A DNA stretch of 31,302 bases from the NCBI GenBank assembly GCA_964016885.1, contig CAXHJY010001383.1:1-31302 (forward strand), given 5' to 3'. Positions within the stretch are counted from its first letter, which is position 1, and the number at the start of each line of letters is the position of its first letter. The translations under genes and the position numbers were made by a program. The notes beneath the pieces were generated by a model. It saw only the letters and a list, made by a program, of their open reading frames with translations. It was not told the DNA's origin and did no database searches. Of this stretch, positions 1-22,555 are shown piece by piece. The DNA is from Eledone cirrhosa (lineage: Eukaryota).

Positions 1-7590
<7,590 letters not shown>

Positions 7591-8112
7591 ATCATCATCA
7601 TCATCATCACCGTTTTACGTCCGTTCTTCCACGCTAGCATGGGTTAGACGGGTTGTCCTGTTGTGGGCAGTGTCTGGTCGGCTGACCATGCCTTGCTCAT
7701 ACAGGAACTGATCTGGCTTGATTTCTACAGCTGGATGCCCTTCCTAACACCAACCTCATTTACAGTGAGTGCTGGGTGCTTTTTCGTGGCGCCTACACGT
7801 CCACTTTACAGTGTGGGCTGGGTGCTTTTTTGCCGTGGCACCTCCACGACCACCTTGCGGTGGGGGGGGGGGGGGGCATATTGTTTATATGCTTCAGCAT
7901 GTACCCGTGGGAGGTCGGGTACCCTGTATTACTGCGTGACGCCAGAAGTCACGGTCGTGTGTCATTGACTTTGAGAGGTGTAGTTGGGTAAGGTCGGCTT
8001 TTATCACCTCATCCCAAGTCATCTTGGGTCTCCCCACTCCGCGGTTTCCATCAACTTCTAGTGCTCTGCACCTTTTTATGCAGCTGTCATCCTTCATACG
8101 CATCACATGTCC
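7591..8112 (-). mobile_element. RTE-clade LINE 3' remnant (ORF C-terminus, 3'UTR, (GAT)n tail)
   Basis: Minus frame gives [42 protein letters not shown], the typical RTE C-terminal pattern. Stop at 7894; (ATC)6 at 7591-7608 is the tail. Confidence 0.85.
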
Positions 8113-8143
<31 letters not shown>

Positions 8144-8156
8144 TATATATACACAC

Positions 8157-8189
<33 letters not shown>

Positions 8190-8410
8190 TATATATATAT
8201 ACACACATATATATATATATATATACACACATATATATATATATATATACACACATATATATATATATATACACACACATATATATATATATATATACAC
8301 ACACATATATATATATATACACACACATATATATATATATACACACACATATATATATATACACACACACACATATATATATATATACACACACATATAT
8401 ATATATATAT

Positions 8411-8449
<39 letters not shown>

Positions 8450-8472
8450 TATCTATATATATACACACACAT
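8113..8472. repeat. (TA)n(CA)n microsatellite
   Basis: Direct inspection. Confidence 0.97.
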
Positions 8473-9083
8473 ATGGTGGCTGCCAACTCGTTTTCGAGTA
8501 CGGCCACTACTTTATATCCATGTAGGAGAACCCCTACCGATGCGCTGAACGAGTGTGACTTTTTAGTCTCAGCCAGCGACTTGAAAACTCTGGTACAAAC
8601 ACTACACCTGTGACAATTATTGACACATAGTGCTGGGCCCATGGTACCATGTGACGACAAGTGCAGAGAGATCTCCAGATATAAAGCAATGCCTGTGCTG
8701 TGAAGCTTTTATAGTGAGGAAAGGCACTGCACAAAGCCAGTCCCACTCTCTTAACCAAGATGATATTTACCAAAAAGAAGAACAAGTCAACATCATTGGA
8801 TACCATCAGGGTTGCAGGTGTTATATCAGAGTTTTCCTTCTCCTAGAATTCTGCCTTGACAAAGGCTAAGGGGTCATCTCTCCCGGTGATTTTGGATGGC
8901 CAATGACACTTAAGAGCTCCTTTGCCCTTTGACAGGTTTTGTTTTTAGTCCTGCAGGATGTCCAAAGTCACCCTCCTCACCAAGAAACCTTGGTGGGGTT
9001 GCCAGTTTAGTCGCCAACGACCCGACCATGAGACAGGTTGTACTGGGATACATGTTACCAGTAGCACCAACTGGTGACCTGAC
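8473..9083 (-). mobile_element. Unclassified interspersed-repeat fragment, probably an RTE-type 5'UTR
   Basis: Complex island between microsatellites with no convincing ORF. The minus strand contains CTAGGAGAAGGAAAACTCTGA (~8826-8846), which I recall from RTE 5' regions; not verified. Confidence 0.4.
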
Positions 9084-10920
<1,837 letters not shown>

Positions 10921-13900
10921 TGCACAAACTGCCATTGCTGCCATTAACAAACAAACAAATTAACAACACACCAAAATAATTAAAACCATCCACTCTCACC
11001 TCAACATTTTTGCTTAACGCCCAAGGCATCAGCCCTTCCACCAATACTCAAAAATGGAAGATCAAATTCCTGGAGGACTGGGTTGATGTCCATCCAAACC
11101 ACATCCCTTTCTTCGTCCTCACTGAAACCCATCTCAGTAACCTCCACTTGGAAGCCGAGGTGAAAGTGAAAAATTTCAAAGCCATCCGTGTTGATCGCGC
11201 TGGCAGAAGAAAGGGTAGGACTGCCATTTATGTCCATAATTCTTTCTCAACAGAGGCTATGAACATATTTACTAATGGATACTGCGAAGCAGTCACTGTA
11301 TTCAGTCAAACCAACAACCTAATAGTAGTTGGGCTCTATAGGCCACCCCAAACACCTCTACCATGCTTCAAGGAATGCCTCAACAGTATAAAGTGTTTCA
11401 TCCAAGAGTGTCACCCTGACAACATCTTAATGATGGGGGACTTCAACCTCCCCGGAGTTGACTGGTCCACAAACAGCCTGCCATCAGGTTCTTCTGCCTC
11501 AACCTCTGACAGGGAAGCAGTGGAATCGCTTCTTGACTTCATGGATGATTTCTTCCTGTCCCAACTGGTGCTCGAACCAACGAGGTGCCACAAAAACGTC
11601 CTAGACTTAATTTTCAGCAATCACACTGACACTATCCACAATATTGCAGTGGAGAAAACTCTACTCTCTGATCATGACATGGTTCTCTGTGATCTGAGAT
11701 TCCACCGTCCAATATACAAACCCAATGTCATCTCTCCTGTCCATCCGTTTGACGCTATGGATTTCCACAATGCAAACTGGGAAGCGATCAGTCATGATCT
11801 TGCAGATGTCGACTGGTCCTTCACACACACTCACACACCCACTAACATCAAAAAGTCCTGGCAGACACTGTTACAAACATATGTGCAAAACACACCCCAT
11901 TAAGAACTATAAACAAATCTAAGAGCAGAATCCCTAGAAATAGAAAAACGCTCATCAGGAAAATTAAGAGAACTAACAAAAAAATCAACAAGCTGAAATA
12001 CTGTCAGCAGCATCACATCAACTTGACTGCCATTTCATCACTAGAGATTAAAAAACATAACCTCCAAAACAATATGATGTCTATCATCAACAATCAGAGA
12101 AGAGCTGAAGAGGCCTGGGCCATTGAGAAGATCAAACTCAATCCCAAAGTGTTCTTTTCATTTGCAAAAAAACACAAAATCACTGGCTCTACTGTTGGCC
12201 CTCTAATTGATGAAAATGGCACTCTTCAAGACAATGCTAAAACCATGGGTGAGATACTGCAGAAACAATACTGCTCTGTTTTCAGCAATCCTGATATGGC
12301 CGATCTGGGCTGTATCGGAGATGTTACTCCCCATTACACCTTATCGGACATAACGTTTGGCGCCCCTGATGTCTTAGCGGCAATAAAGGAAATCAAGCAT
12401 AATTCAGCAGTAGGTCCCGATAGGTTCCCTGCTTGTGTCTTGAAGGCGTGTCAACACCAACTTGCATCTCCTCTTGCCAATCTGTGGTAGGACTCACTGG
12501 ATGCTGGATATGTGCCAGAAAACCTTCTATCCCAGTCTGTTGTCCCAGTTTTCAAAAAGGGAAACAAATCCCTTGCCGTGAATTACCGTCCAATCTCACT
12601 CACCTCTCATATCATTAAGGTATTTGAGAGAGTGGTGAGATCGTGAATGACTCACTTCGTTGAGAGTAACAATATGCTGAACTCCAACCAGCATGGATTC
12701 CGTAATGGAAGGGATTGACTGACGCAGCTACTGCATCACTTTGATGACATTTTGAGAGCCTTGGGAGAGGGTTCCAACACTGATGTTATCTACCTTGATT
12801 TCAGCAAGGCCTTTGACAGGGTTGATCACAACATTCTACTGAGAAAGCTGTCCAATATTGGTGTCACTGGAAAGCTGCTGCAGTGGATCAAGAGCTTCCT
12901 GTCAAACAGAACCCAACATGTTGTAGTCGAAGGAGTCAAATCCAGTCCAGCCAAAGTCAGTAGTGGGGTCCCACAAGGCACTGTGTTGGGCCCACTTCTC
13001 TTCATCATCTATATTAATGACATCACTGACATCATCAAACACAGCAACATTAGAATTTTCGCTGATGATTCCAAGCTGCAAAAGGTCATCAATGGCGTGG
13101 ATGACCGGATAAGCCTTCAGTCAGACCTACTGGCTGTTACCCAATGGGTGGAAAAGAACAACATGTTATTGAACGAAGACAAATTCGAACTGATCCACTT
13201 TGGAAAAGAGGATGCTCTGAAACTCCCGTACTCCCTTCTCTCCAGTGAAACTCTCGTGGCATCTAACAACATCAGAGACTTGGGAGTAACCGTGGACAGC
13301 AACATAAACTGGGCCACGCATATAAGCAGCAAAGTTGACATGGCCCGCAGAATGTGTTCCTGGATCCTCAGAACCTTCCAGTCGAGAGATTCCCACACCA
13401 TTATCCTTCTCTTCTCTACTTTTGCCCGACCACACCTTGAATACTGTTGTCCACTGTGGTCTCCCCACACGAAACAAAGTATCATGAAACTTGAAGCTCC
13501 CCAAAGAGCAATCACGAAAAAGATAGATGGCATGTCAGACCTTGACTACTGGGGTTGACTAGAAAAGCTGAAACTTTACTCACTCCAACGTCGCCGTGAG
13601 CGTTATATTATCTGCATGATGTGGAAAATGTTTCATCAGCACTGCTCAAATGATGTTGGCATCACCTTCAAAATACACCCAAGGCTTGGGCCCCGTGCTA
13701 TCCGTCCCAATAAAAATCTAAATCGCAACTCATAACAACAATACGGCACAATTATTTCACCTCAATTGGCCCTGCTCTCTTCAACATCACACCAGGACAC
13801 GTCAAAACAGAAACTGACCACTCAAAATTCAAGAAGTCTTTGGACAAATTCCTCCAAGTAATCCCGGACAAACCACCCACACCCGGATATGTCTCCGCAA

Positions 13901-14019
13901 ACAGTAATTCTCTTCTCGAATGGGCCATGGTGCCCAAATCCTGAATTGAAAAACTTCGCCAGGTGGTGCTATTAAGTTAGACATGGCCTGGGCCAATACT
14001 GGCCAAAACATTTCAAAGT

Positions 14020-14020
<1 letters not shown>
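10921..14020 (+). mobile_element. CR1-group LINE, 5'-truncated and decayed
   Basis: APE endonuclease and RT fragments in order; 3' hairpin GGCCA-ATAC-TGGCC followed by TTTCAAAGTT and (TA)n. Confidence 0.9.
10990..13944 (+). pseudogene. Disrupted LINE ORF2 (APE endonuclease + reverse transcriptase)
   Basis: Motifs [69 protein letters not shown]. In-frame stops at 12488, 12644, 12716 and 13556; frameshifts near 11850 and 13715. Confidence 0.92.
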
Positions 14021-14053
<33 letters not shown>

Positions 14054-14172
14054 CACACAGATATATACATACATGTATGTATATATGTATATACACAGAT
14101 ATATATACATGTATATAAGTTTTAATATAGATGAGATTCTACAGGACGAGAACTGTTTCATTCTTTATATAT

Positions 14173-14229
<57 letters not shown>

Positions 14230-14278
14230 GATATATATACATATATATATATATACATGTATATATATATATATATAT

Positions 14279-14327
<49 letters not shown>

Positions 14328-14352
14328 GATATATATACATATATATATATAT

Positions 14353-14393
<41 letters not shown>

Positions 14394-14516
14394 GATATAT
14401 ATACATGTATATATATATATACACATACATATATATATATACACACAGATATATATACATATATATATATATACATGCACACAGATATATATACATATAT
14501 ACACACACAGATATAT

Positions 14517-14562
<46 letters not shown>

Positions 14563-14780
14563 ATATATATATATATATATACACACAGATATATATACAT
14601 ACATGTATATATATATATATATATACACACATATGTATATATATATACACAGATATATATATACATACATGTATATATATACGTAAATATATACATAGAC
14701 ATAAATATATACATACATATACACATATATATATACACTTACACACATATATATACATATACACATATATATGTGCGTGT
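14021..14780. repeat. Compound TA/CA/GATA microsatellite
   Basis: Direct inspection; interrupted by a ~48 bp complex fragment at 14118-14165. Confidence 0.95.
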
Positions 14781-15023
14781 ATGTTTAAAAGATAACCTGC
14801 TATGATGATAAGGAAGAAGGAAAAGATATGAGTGTTATCTGATGTGTGTAGGAAATTATCTTTGCTGCTGTATCTGTCAGCATATCTCTCCATCTCTGTC
14901 AAGTTTCTAATTTATCCTTCCACTCATCTATCTTGCAAGCTCCTTTATATATACACATCTATCTCTCTCTCTATATATATATATATAAATATATGTATAT
15001 ATATATATACATATATACATCTA

Positions 15024-15186
15024 TATCATCATAATTTTACGTCCACTTTTCCCTGCTTGCAAGGGTGGGACGGGAACTGATTCTGGCTTTATTTCTACAG
15101 CTGGATGCCCTTCCTAACACTAACCTCATTTACAGTGTGGACTGGGTGCGTTTTTGCCGTGGGACCTCCATGACCACTTTGCAGTG
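15024..15186 (-). mobile_element. Second short copy of the RTE-type 3' tail
   Basis: Shares ATTTCTACAGCTGGATGCCCTTCCTAACAC..AACCTCATTTACAGTG and TTTTACGTCC with 7600-7860. Confidence 0.75.
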
Positions 15187-15214
15187 GAATGATAGGGACC
15201 CCAGCCCCTATCAT

Positions 15215-15351
15215 CTCATTTTTACAGCTGAGTAAACTGGAGTAATGTGAAATAAAGTGTCTTGCTCAAGGAAACAACACATCACCCGGTCTGAGAATTG
15301 AACTCACAACCTTTCGATTGCAAGGCCAATGCTCTAACCACTAAGCCATGC
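15215..15351 (-). mobile_element. tRNA-derived SINE (head + core fragment)
   Basis: Minus strand has A box TGGCTTAGTGG and B box GTTCAATTC, then CCTTGAGCAAGACACTTTATTTCAC; homologous to 25240-25375. Confidence 0.85.
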
Positions 15352-15669
15352 ATATATATATATGTACAAATCTATCTATATATAAATATATAAATGAAAA
15401 TAGAGAAATTAATGTAAGCAAAAAGCCGACAATAATTCAGACATCTAAGTGACTATAACATCAAGATGATACATTTTTAAAGTAAGATATGGGTTAAATA
15501 ATTCAATCTTAAATCAAAACAAGTCAAGAAGAAAAATTTTATCCTCAGACTTTGTGTAAGCTGGGGAAAAAAAAACAAATACAATCTTAACTCAAAATAA
15601 AATCAAGAAATACTTAACCGTCAATTTGGGGAAATCTACAAATGCACTATATAGTCTTAAAAGACATAT

Positions 15670-15806
15670 CTATAATCTATACATATATATACATCTATCT
15701 ATCTATCTATACATATATATACATCTATCTATCTATCTATCTATACATATATATACATCTATCTATCAATCTATACATATACATCTATCTATCTATCTAT
15801 CAATCT
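15670..15806. repeat. (ATCT)n/(AT)n microsatellite
   Basis: Direct inspection. Confidence 0.92.
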
Positions 15807-16789
15807 GGGCGCCTGGCACACCGAGTGTGCCCAGGCGCTCACGGCTCTCTGGCAGGCGGACCCGGCTGTCAGTGGAGAATCCACCTCGTCATTCTATAGA
15901 GGGCTGGTGGTTAGCAGGTGCGATGACGCCCTCGGAGAAGCCCTAGGCATGGAGGAAGACGAACTGGCCAACCTGTTCGGTAGGACATTCAGCCCGGGAC
16001 CCATGGATAACTTCCAGAGGTCCCTGGCCTGGCAATGCTACAGAAGGGCTCTGCCCGTTCGAGAAAGGCTCTACAGACACGGGCGCCCGGGTAGGGACCC
16101 ATCGAAAAAGATCTGTCCCAGATGCGTGTGCGACGAGGAAACCGTTGCACACGCATTGGTACACTGCTCGGGCATTGCCGATCTGTGGGGCTATGTCGAA
16201 CAACTGCTGTCAAGGGTGGGACCGATCCGGTTGACCACCGAGTCTATTGTAACGATCAAGTCGCCTCCCCTCTTCAAAAACGAAGGAGAGGCGGTGTTTC
16301 TGAGCGTAATAGCCATGGCGAAAGAGGTTGTATGGTGGACGCGTCTGAAAGGACTGAGGTCAGACACCTTTCTCTCTGGCCAACAACTGGTCCGTTTCTT
16401 CCGATATCATTTCGGAAGAAGGATCAGGATGGAGAGAGAGGTGCTGCACCCCAGGCGTTTTTATGAAAGATGGGTGAAAGTGGCAAGAATGGCCCGTGTG
16501 AATGGGCCTTCACTCTACATCAGACTATAGGTGAGGAAGATGAAAGACCAAGGGAGCACCCCTTCTCTGTGCTCCTGAGGAGCAGGGTTGCACACTTTTT
16601 TTCGGGGGTGTGTGCAACCCCCCAAGGCGCCTCCTCTCTATTGAGGACTTTGTTATAAATTTTATTTTTTGTTATATTTTATTTTATATATTGTTATTGA
16701 CTCCTCCTTATTGAGGACGCCTTGTTTTGTAAACTCCCCCCATTGTACTTGTCCCACTTTTGATGCCCTGGTGGCAAATAAAAGAAACA
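15805..16789 (+). mobile_element. Tx1/L1-clade LINE copy 1 (5'-truncated, ~1 kb)
   Basis: Near-identical to 19245-20234; encodes [18 protein letters not shown] zinc knuckle, stop at 16530. TSD TATCTATCAATCT at 15794-15806 and 16790-16802. Confidence 0.92.
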
Positions 16790-16944
16790 TATCTATCAAT
16801 CTATATATATATATACATCTATCTATATATATATATACATCTATCTATATATATATATACATCTATCTATATATATATATACATCTATCTATCTATCTAT
16901 ATATATATATACACGTCTATCTATCTATCTATCTATATATATAT

Positions 16945-19900
16945 TAGTGGGGGACTGGAATGGTATCCTAGATGCACGCTGGGACTACGTAGGGGCCTGC
17001 CCCGATAGAGAGGGGTGTAATAGCCTCAAAGGGTTAATCGGTCGATTTGACCTGGCCGATAGATATCGACTAGATTTTCCGACTGCGCCAACCTGGACTT
17101 GGGCAAATCGTAGCGGATCATCTAGGTCGTACCTAGATAGGTTCTTAGTTAGAATTAAGGATAAGGACTTTTTAAGTTGTCCAAAAATGCGCATGGTTGG
17201 CTATTCAGACCACAAATTAGTGACCTGCATGGTCAACCTTGACAGAACTCATAGACAGGGCCCCGGTTACTGGAAGTTCAACTTGTCCTTGCCGGCAAGT
17301 AGAGCCTACAGGAATCGGATTAGTACGTTAGTTAAGGAACGGTTGACTGGAGCGATCGTCAACAGCAGGTGGTGGGTATCTCTAAAGAGAGAGATTAGAG
17401 TAGTCTCGATAGAATTTAGTAAGGTTCTAGCTGCGGATAGGAATAGGAAGGAAAGGGAGCTAATAGATAGAGTAGAAGAGGCAATTAGAAGCGGCGACGT
17501 GGCCAGAGTGCTAGCGTCGAGAACGGCTTTGAGCCAGTTTTTCGACGCGAAGCACGAAGGCTGCGTTGTCCGAAGTAAAATACGTGCTCTAGGGAACGAG
17601 GGGACCAAAGCTGTTAGCTGGGCCCGCGTGACAGAGGCCAACAGTGGAACTAAATCCACCATCCAGTCTTTGCGAGACCTGGATGGACGGGCGATTCTTG
17701 AGCCTAAGCAGATGTGTGAGGCCTTTCAAAGGCACTTTGCCCGACTGTTCGGGAGGGGCGGGGAGCCGGTTGGGAACGTGGACTTCGGTCCATACCTCGA
17801 CGGCCTGCCGCGCCTCTCGGACAGGGAGGCGAAGTCCTGCGAGGAGCCGATTTCGGCCGCTGAGATAGAGGACGTGCTGAGCCAATGCGGCAAACGCAAA
17901 TCCCCGGGTCTCGATGGTCTTCCTTACGAATTATATCTAGCTATGCCGGACTTGTTCTCCGATCTCCTCGAGGCGGTCTACTGCAACTGGCAACAGAACG
18001 GGAGAATTCCCTGTACTGTGACCAAGGGCGTAGTCACGCTAGTGAGGAAGGACGAGAACAAGGGGGACGAAATAAGTAACTTCAGGCCCATAACACTGCT
18101 AAATACAGAGTTACAGATTTTGGCCAAGGTGCTAGCAAAGAGGTTGGCGCTTGTCGTTGGCAACCTGGTGGGAGATGCGCAGACATGCGCTATCCCGTCC
18201 AGGTCCATCCATGACAACCTCCACCTCATGCGATACATCATAGAGAGGGTTGGGAACGAACCCGGCTTTGGTGGGGCTCTGATCAACTTGGATCAATCTA
18301 AGGCGTTCGATAGGGTCGACCATGGTTACCTGGATGCGGTGCTAGCGGCGGCAGGCTTCGGACCCGTTTTCAGGGGCTGGATCACTGCTATGCACAGCAG
18401 CCGCATCTGCTCTAGGGTCAAGGTGAACGGCTACCTTTCGGAGCCGTTCAAAATCGCGCGGTCCATCCGACAAGGGTGCCCTCTCTCCTCCCTTCTGTAT
18501 GTGTTGACTCTCGAGCCACTACTGCGGAAGTTGGAGTTGTTGCAGGGCATCCCTTTGGAACCGGGATTGCGGAAAGCGGTGTCGGCCTACGCTGATGACG
18601 TGACAGTAATGGTGTCGACGGCCTCCGAAATCGAGGCGGTCGGCACCTTACTGGAGGAGTACGAAAAGTTCACAGGGGCTAAGCTGAACCGGGACAAGTC
18701 GATCGGTTTGCAACTCGGCACGTGGAGGGGCAGACCGATGCCCTCCGATAGCGTCGTCGGACGCTGGACGGAGGGCCCGGTGAAGTTGCTCGGGGTCTGG
18801 TTCGGACCGGACCTCCAGGTGGAGAAAAACTGGGCGGAGGTTACGAACAGGGTATTTGCACTGACCCAGAAGTGGGCCAGTTGCAAACTATCCCTGAAAG
18901 GTCGGGCGGAGGTGGCGAACACCTACATAGCGTCCGTCATCTACTACCGCCTGACCGTAGTGCCCTGCCCAAGGGAAACCCTCACCAAGATGGAGCGCGC
19001 GCTCTTCCAATTCCTTTGGAAGAGGCGGGCTCCTATGGTGAGGAGATCCATCTGCTGTCAACACCCTTCGAAAGGAGGGCTGGGGATGCCGTGGCTAATG
19101 ATGCGTAAACACGCATTAAGGCTACGGCACCTCTACGTATTCCTCACCGGACAACCGGTGTGGGCCTCGTTTGTGAGACGAACCTTTCCCAGACTCGTCT
19201 CACTCACCGAGCTGCAATCCTGGGTCAAGCAAAGACCGAGAAAACTGGGCGCCTGGCACACTGAGTGTGCCCAGGCGCTCACCGCCCTCTGGCAGGCGGA
19301 TCCGGTTATCAGTGGAGACTCCACCGCAACATTCTATAGAGGGCTGGTACGCAGCAGGTGCGACGACGCCCTCGGAGAAGCCCTAGACATGGAGGAGGAC
19401 GAACTGGCCAGCCTGTTCGGTAGGACATTCAGCCCGGGACCTATGGACAACTTCCAGAAGTCCCTGGCCTGGCAGTGCTACCGAGGGGCTTTACCCGTTC
19501 GAGAAAGGCTCTACAGACACGGGCGCCCGGGTAGGGACCCCGCCAAAAAGATCTGTCCCAGATGCGTGTGTGACGAGGAAACCGTTGCACACGCATTGGT
19601 ACACTGCTCGGGCATTGCCGATCTGTGGGGCTACGTCGAACAACTGCTGTCAAGGGTGGGACCGATCCGGTTGACCACCGAGTCTATTGTAATGATCAAG
19701 CCGCCTCCCCCCTTCAAAGATGAAGCAGAGGCGGTGTTTCTGTGCGTAATAGCCATGGCGAAAGAGGTTGTATGGTGGACGCGTCTGAAAGGACTGAGGT
19801 CGGGCACCTTTCTCTCTGGCCAACAACTGGTCCGTTTCTTCCGATATCATTTCGGAAGAAGGATCAGGATGGAGAGAGAGGTGCTGCACCCCAGCCGTTT

Positions 19901-20234
19901 CTATGAAAGATGGGTGAAAGTGGCGAGAATGGCCCGTGTGAATGGGCCTTCACTCTACATCAGACTATAGGTGAGGAAGATGAAAGACCAAGGGAGCACC
20001 CCTTCTCTGTGCTCCTGAGGAGAAGGGTTGCACACTTTTTTCGGGGGTGCGTGCGACCCACCAAGGCGCCTCCTCTCTATTGAGGATTTTGTTAAAAATT
20101 TTATTTTTTCTTATATCTTATTTTATTTTTATATTTTGTTATTGCCTCCTCCTTATTGAGGACGCCTTTTTGTGTAAACTCCCCCCTTTGTACTTGTCCC
20201 ACTTTTGATGCCCTAGTGGCAAATAAAAGAAATA
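16945..20234 (+). mobile_element. Tx1/L1-clade LINE copy 2 (truncated within the endonuclease)
   Basis: Open ORF2 plus ~260 bp 3'UTR ending AATAAAAGAAATA; flanked by a duplicated microsatellite variant containing ACACGTCT. Confidence 0.95.
16947..19970 (+). CDS. LINE ORF2, 5'-partial: APE C-terminal half, RT, CCHC zinc knuckle
   Basis: 1007 uninterrupted codons with [70 protein letters not shown] and C-x2-C...H-x4-C. The GTG is not a true start. Confidence 0.93.
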   Translation: MGDWNGILDARWDYVGACPDREGCNSLKGLIGRFDLADRYRLDFPTAPTWTWANRSGSSRSYLDRFLVRIKDKDFLSCPKMRMVGYSDHKLVTCMVNLDRTHRQGPGYWKFNLSLPASRAYRNRISTLVKERLTGAIVNSRWWVSLKREIRVVSIEFSKVLAADRNRKERELIDRVEEAIRSGDVARVLASRTALSQFFDAKHEGCVVRSKIRALGNEGTKAVSWARVTEANSGTKSTIQSLRDLDGRAILEPKQMCEAFQRHFARLFGRGGEPVGNVDFGPYLDGLPRLSDREAKSCEEPISAAEIEDVLSQCGKRKSPGLDGLPYELYLAMPDLFSDLLEAVYCNWQQNGRIPCTVTKGVVTLVRKDENKGDEISNFRPITLLNTELQILAKVLAKRLALVVGNLVGDAQTCAIPSRSIHDNLHLMRYIIERVGNEPGFGGALINLDQSKAFDRVDHGYLDAVLAAAGFGPVFRGWITAMHSSRICSRVKVNGYLSEPFKIARSIRQGCPLSSLLYVLTLEPLLRKLELLQGIPLEPGLRKAVSAYADDVTVMVSTASEIEAVGTLLEEYEKFTGAKLNRDKSIGLQLGTWRGRPMPSDSVVGRWTEGPVKLLGVWFGPDLQVEKNWAEVTNRVFALTQKWASCKLSLKGRAEVANTYIASVIYYRLTVVPCPRETLTKMERALFQFLWKRRAPMVRRSICCQHPSKGGLGMPWLMMRKHALRLRHLYVFLTGQPVWASFVRRTFPRLVSLTELQSWVKQRPRKLGAWHTECAQALTALWQADPVISGDSTATFYRGLVRSRCDDALGEALDMEEDELASLFGRTFSPGPMDNFQKSLAWQCYRGALPVRERLYRHGRPGRDPAKKICPRCVCDEETVAHALVHCSGIADLWGYVEQLLSRVGPIRLTTESIVMIKPPPPFKDEAEAVFLCVIAMAKEVVWWTRLKGLRSGTFLSGQQLVRFFRYHFGRRIRMEREVLHPSRFYERWVKVARMARVNGPSLYIRL

Positions 20235-20326
20235 TATCTATATATATATATACACGTCTATCTATCTATCTATATATATATATACATCTATCTATCTATC
20301 TATCTATATATATATATACATCTATC

Positions 20327-20357
<31 letters not shown>

Positions 20358-20653
20358 CTATCTATCTATATATACATCTATCTATCTATATATATATATA
20401 TATATATACATCTATCTATCTATATATATATATATACATCTATCTATCTATATATATACATCTATCTATCTATATATATATATATATACATCTATCTATC
20501 TATCTATCTATATATACATCTATCTATCTATCTATCTATATATACATCTACATCTATCTATCTATATATACATCTACATCTATCTATCTATATATACATC
20601 TACATATCTATCTATACATCTATCTATCTATATATACATCTATCTATCTATAT
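20235..20653. repeat. (ATCT)n/(AT)n microsatellite
   Basis: Direct inspection. Confidence 0.95.
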
Positions 20654-20935
20654 AATGGCCCGAGTGAATGGGCCTTCTCTCTATATCAGCCTGTAGGTTG
20701 AGGAAAAGAAGGAGGAGAGGAAAGGAGTACAAGCTCTTCGTACTCCTGGAGATGAGGGTTGCACATTTTTTTCGGGGGTCTGTGTTACCCATATAAACTG
20801 TCTCCCTCTATTGGGGAAAATCGACTAACTTTTAAATTCCATCTGTGATAACATTTTACACGTTTTTATTGTATGTAAACTTCCCCCTTTGTATTTGTCC
20901 CCTTCTTTTGTGCCCCTGTGGCTAATAAAGAAATA
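20654..20935 (+). mobile_element. Tx1/L1-clade LINE copy 3 (diverged subfamily, 3' end only)
   Basis: Begins ATGGCCCGAGTGAATGGGCCTTCTCTCTATATCAGCCTGTAG ([13 protein letters not shown], compare [13 protein letters not shown]); ends AATAAAGAAATA-TATCTAT. Confidence 0.88.
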
Positions 20936-21355
20936 TATCTATCTATATATATACATCTATCTATCTATATATATAGATCTATCTATCTATATATATACAT
21001 CTATCTATCTATATATATACATCTATCTATCTATATATATACATCTATATATATATATAAATTTAAACAAAATGAAAACGAAATTTCATTTCTCACTCTT
21101 AGTATGGCACTTACTTAAATGTAAGTATGCATGTATACGTACATACATATATGTATACAGACGTACAGTAGCATGCACATATATATATATATATATACAT
21201 ATATATATACATACAGGTACACATACATATATGCACGTATCAGTTTAGCGGCGCTAACGTCGCTTTGTTCGTTTGTAAACAAACTGAACAGCCTGAATTT
21301 ATGCCATACGGTGTTAAGGCAACCACGTCACCTTTTTGTTCAACACTGACACAGG

Positions 21356-21400
21356 AACGATGTACTAGTTTCAAGCTTGTTAGCTATCATCAGCACCGTT
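21356..21400 (-). ncRNA. Type I hammerhead ribozyme, copy 1
   Basis: Minus strand AACGGTG-CTGATGA-TAGCT-AACA-AGCTT-GAAA-CTAG-TA^CATCGTT. Confidence 0.85.
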
Positions 21401-21817
21401 TACCCATCTGCCAGATAGTTGAACGTTCGAAAGTATATACTTTCCTTATGAAAATTAACGGCTGAGCAGCCTAATTTGCATATTGAGTGAGTTAAATCGG
21501 TCAGGCATACCGAAAACGATAAATTGAAACAAAATGAAAACGAAATTTCATTTCTCACTCTTAGTATGGCACTTACTTAAATGTAAGTATGCATGTATAC
21601 GTACATACATATATGTATACAGACGTACAGTAGCATGCACATATATATATATATATATACATATATATATACATACAGGTACACATACATATATGCACGT
21701 ATCAGTTTAGCGGCGCTAACGTCGCTTTGTTCGTTTGTAAACAAACTGAACAGCCTGAATTTATGCCATACGGTGTTAAGGCAACCACGTCACCTTTTTG
21801 TTCAACACTGACACAGG

Positions 21818-21862
21818 AACGATGTACTAGTTTCAAGCTTGTTAGCTATCATCAGCACCGTT
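21818..21862 (-). ncRNA. Type I hammerhead ribozyme, copy 2
   Basis: Identical 45 nt core, 462 bp from copy 1. Confidence 0.85.
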
Positions 21863-22547
21863 TACCCATCTGCCAGATAGTTGAACGTTCGAAAGTATAT
21901 ACTTTCCTTATGAAAATTAACGGCTGAGCAGCCTAATTTGCATATTGAGTGAGTTAAATCGGTCAGGCATACCGAAAACGATAAATTGAAACAAAATGAA
22001 AACGAAATTTCATTTCTCACTCTTAGTATGGCACTTACTTAAATGTAAGTATGCATGTATACGTACATGCATATATGTATACAGACGTACAGTAGCATGC
22101 ACATATATATATATATATATACATATATATATACATATGCATACAGGTACACATACATATATGCACGTATCAGTTTAGCGGCGCTAACGTCGCTTTGTTC
22201 GTTTGTAAACAAACTGAACAGCCTGAATTTATGCCATACGGTGTTAAGGCAACCACGTCACCTTTTTGTTCAACACTGACACAGGCTGTTCAGTTTGTTT
22301 ACAAACGAACAAAGCGACGTTAGCGCCGCTAAACTGATACGTGCATATATGTATGTGTACCTGTATGCATATGTATATATATATATATGTGCATGCTACT
22401 GTACGTCTGTATACATATATGTATGTACGTATACATGCATACTTACATTTAAGTAAGTGCCATACTAAGAGTGAGAAATGAAATTTCGTTTTCATTTTGT
22501 TTCAATTTATCGTTTTCGGTATGCCTGACCGATTTAACTCACTCAAT

Positions 22548-22555
22548 ATGCAAAT
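22548..22555 (+). promoter_or_regulatory. Octamer motif ATGCAAAT, present upstream of each hammerhead
   Basis: Perfect octamer ~110 nt upstream of the predicted cleavage site; function inferred only. Confidence 0.35.

Noticed and set aside
8990-9083. HDV-like ribozyme on the minus strand
   Set aside because: P1-like (GTCAGGT/ACCTGTC) and P4/CTAA-like parts exist, but no P2 in the correct nested order could be built.
15280-15351. tRNA gene
   Set aside because: A and B boxes are present but there is no clean cloverleaf, and it continues into SINE core; same for 25300-25378 and 27944-28040.
16985-19889. Antisense and alternate-frame ORFs inside the Tx1 element
   Set aside because: Shadow ORFs of a GC-rich coding sequence, with no motifs.
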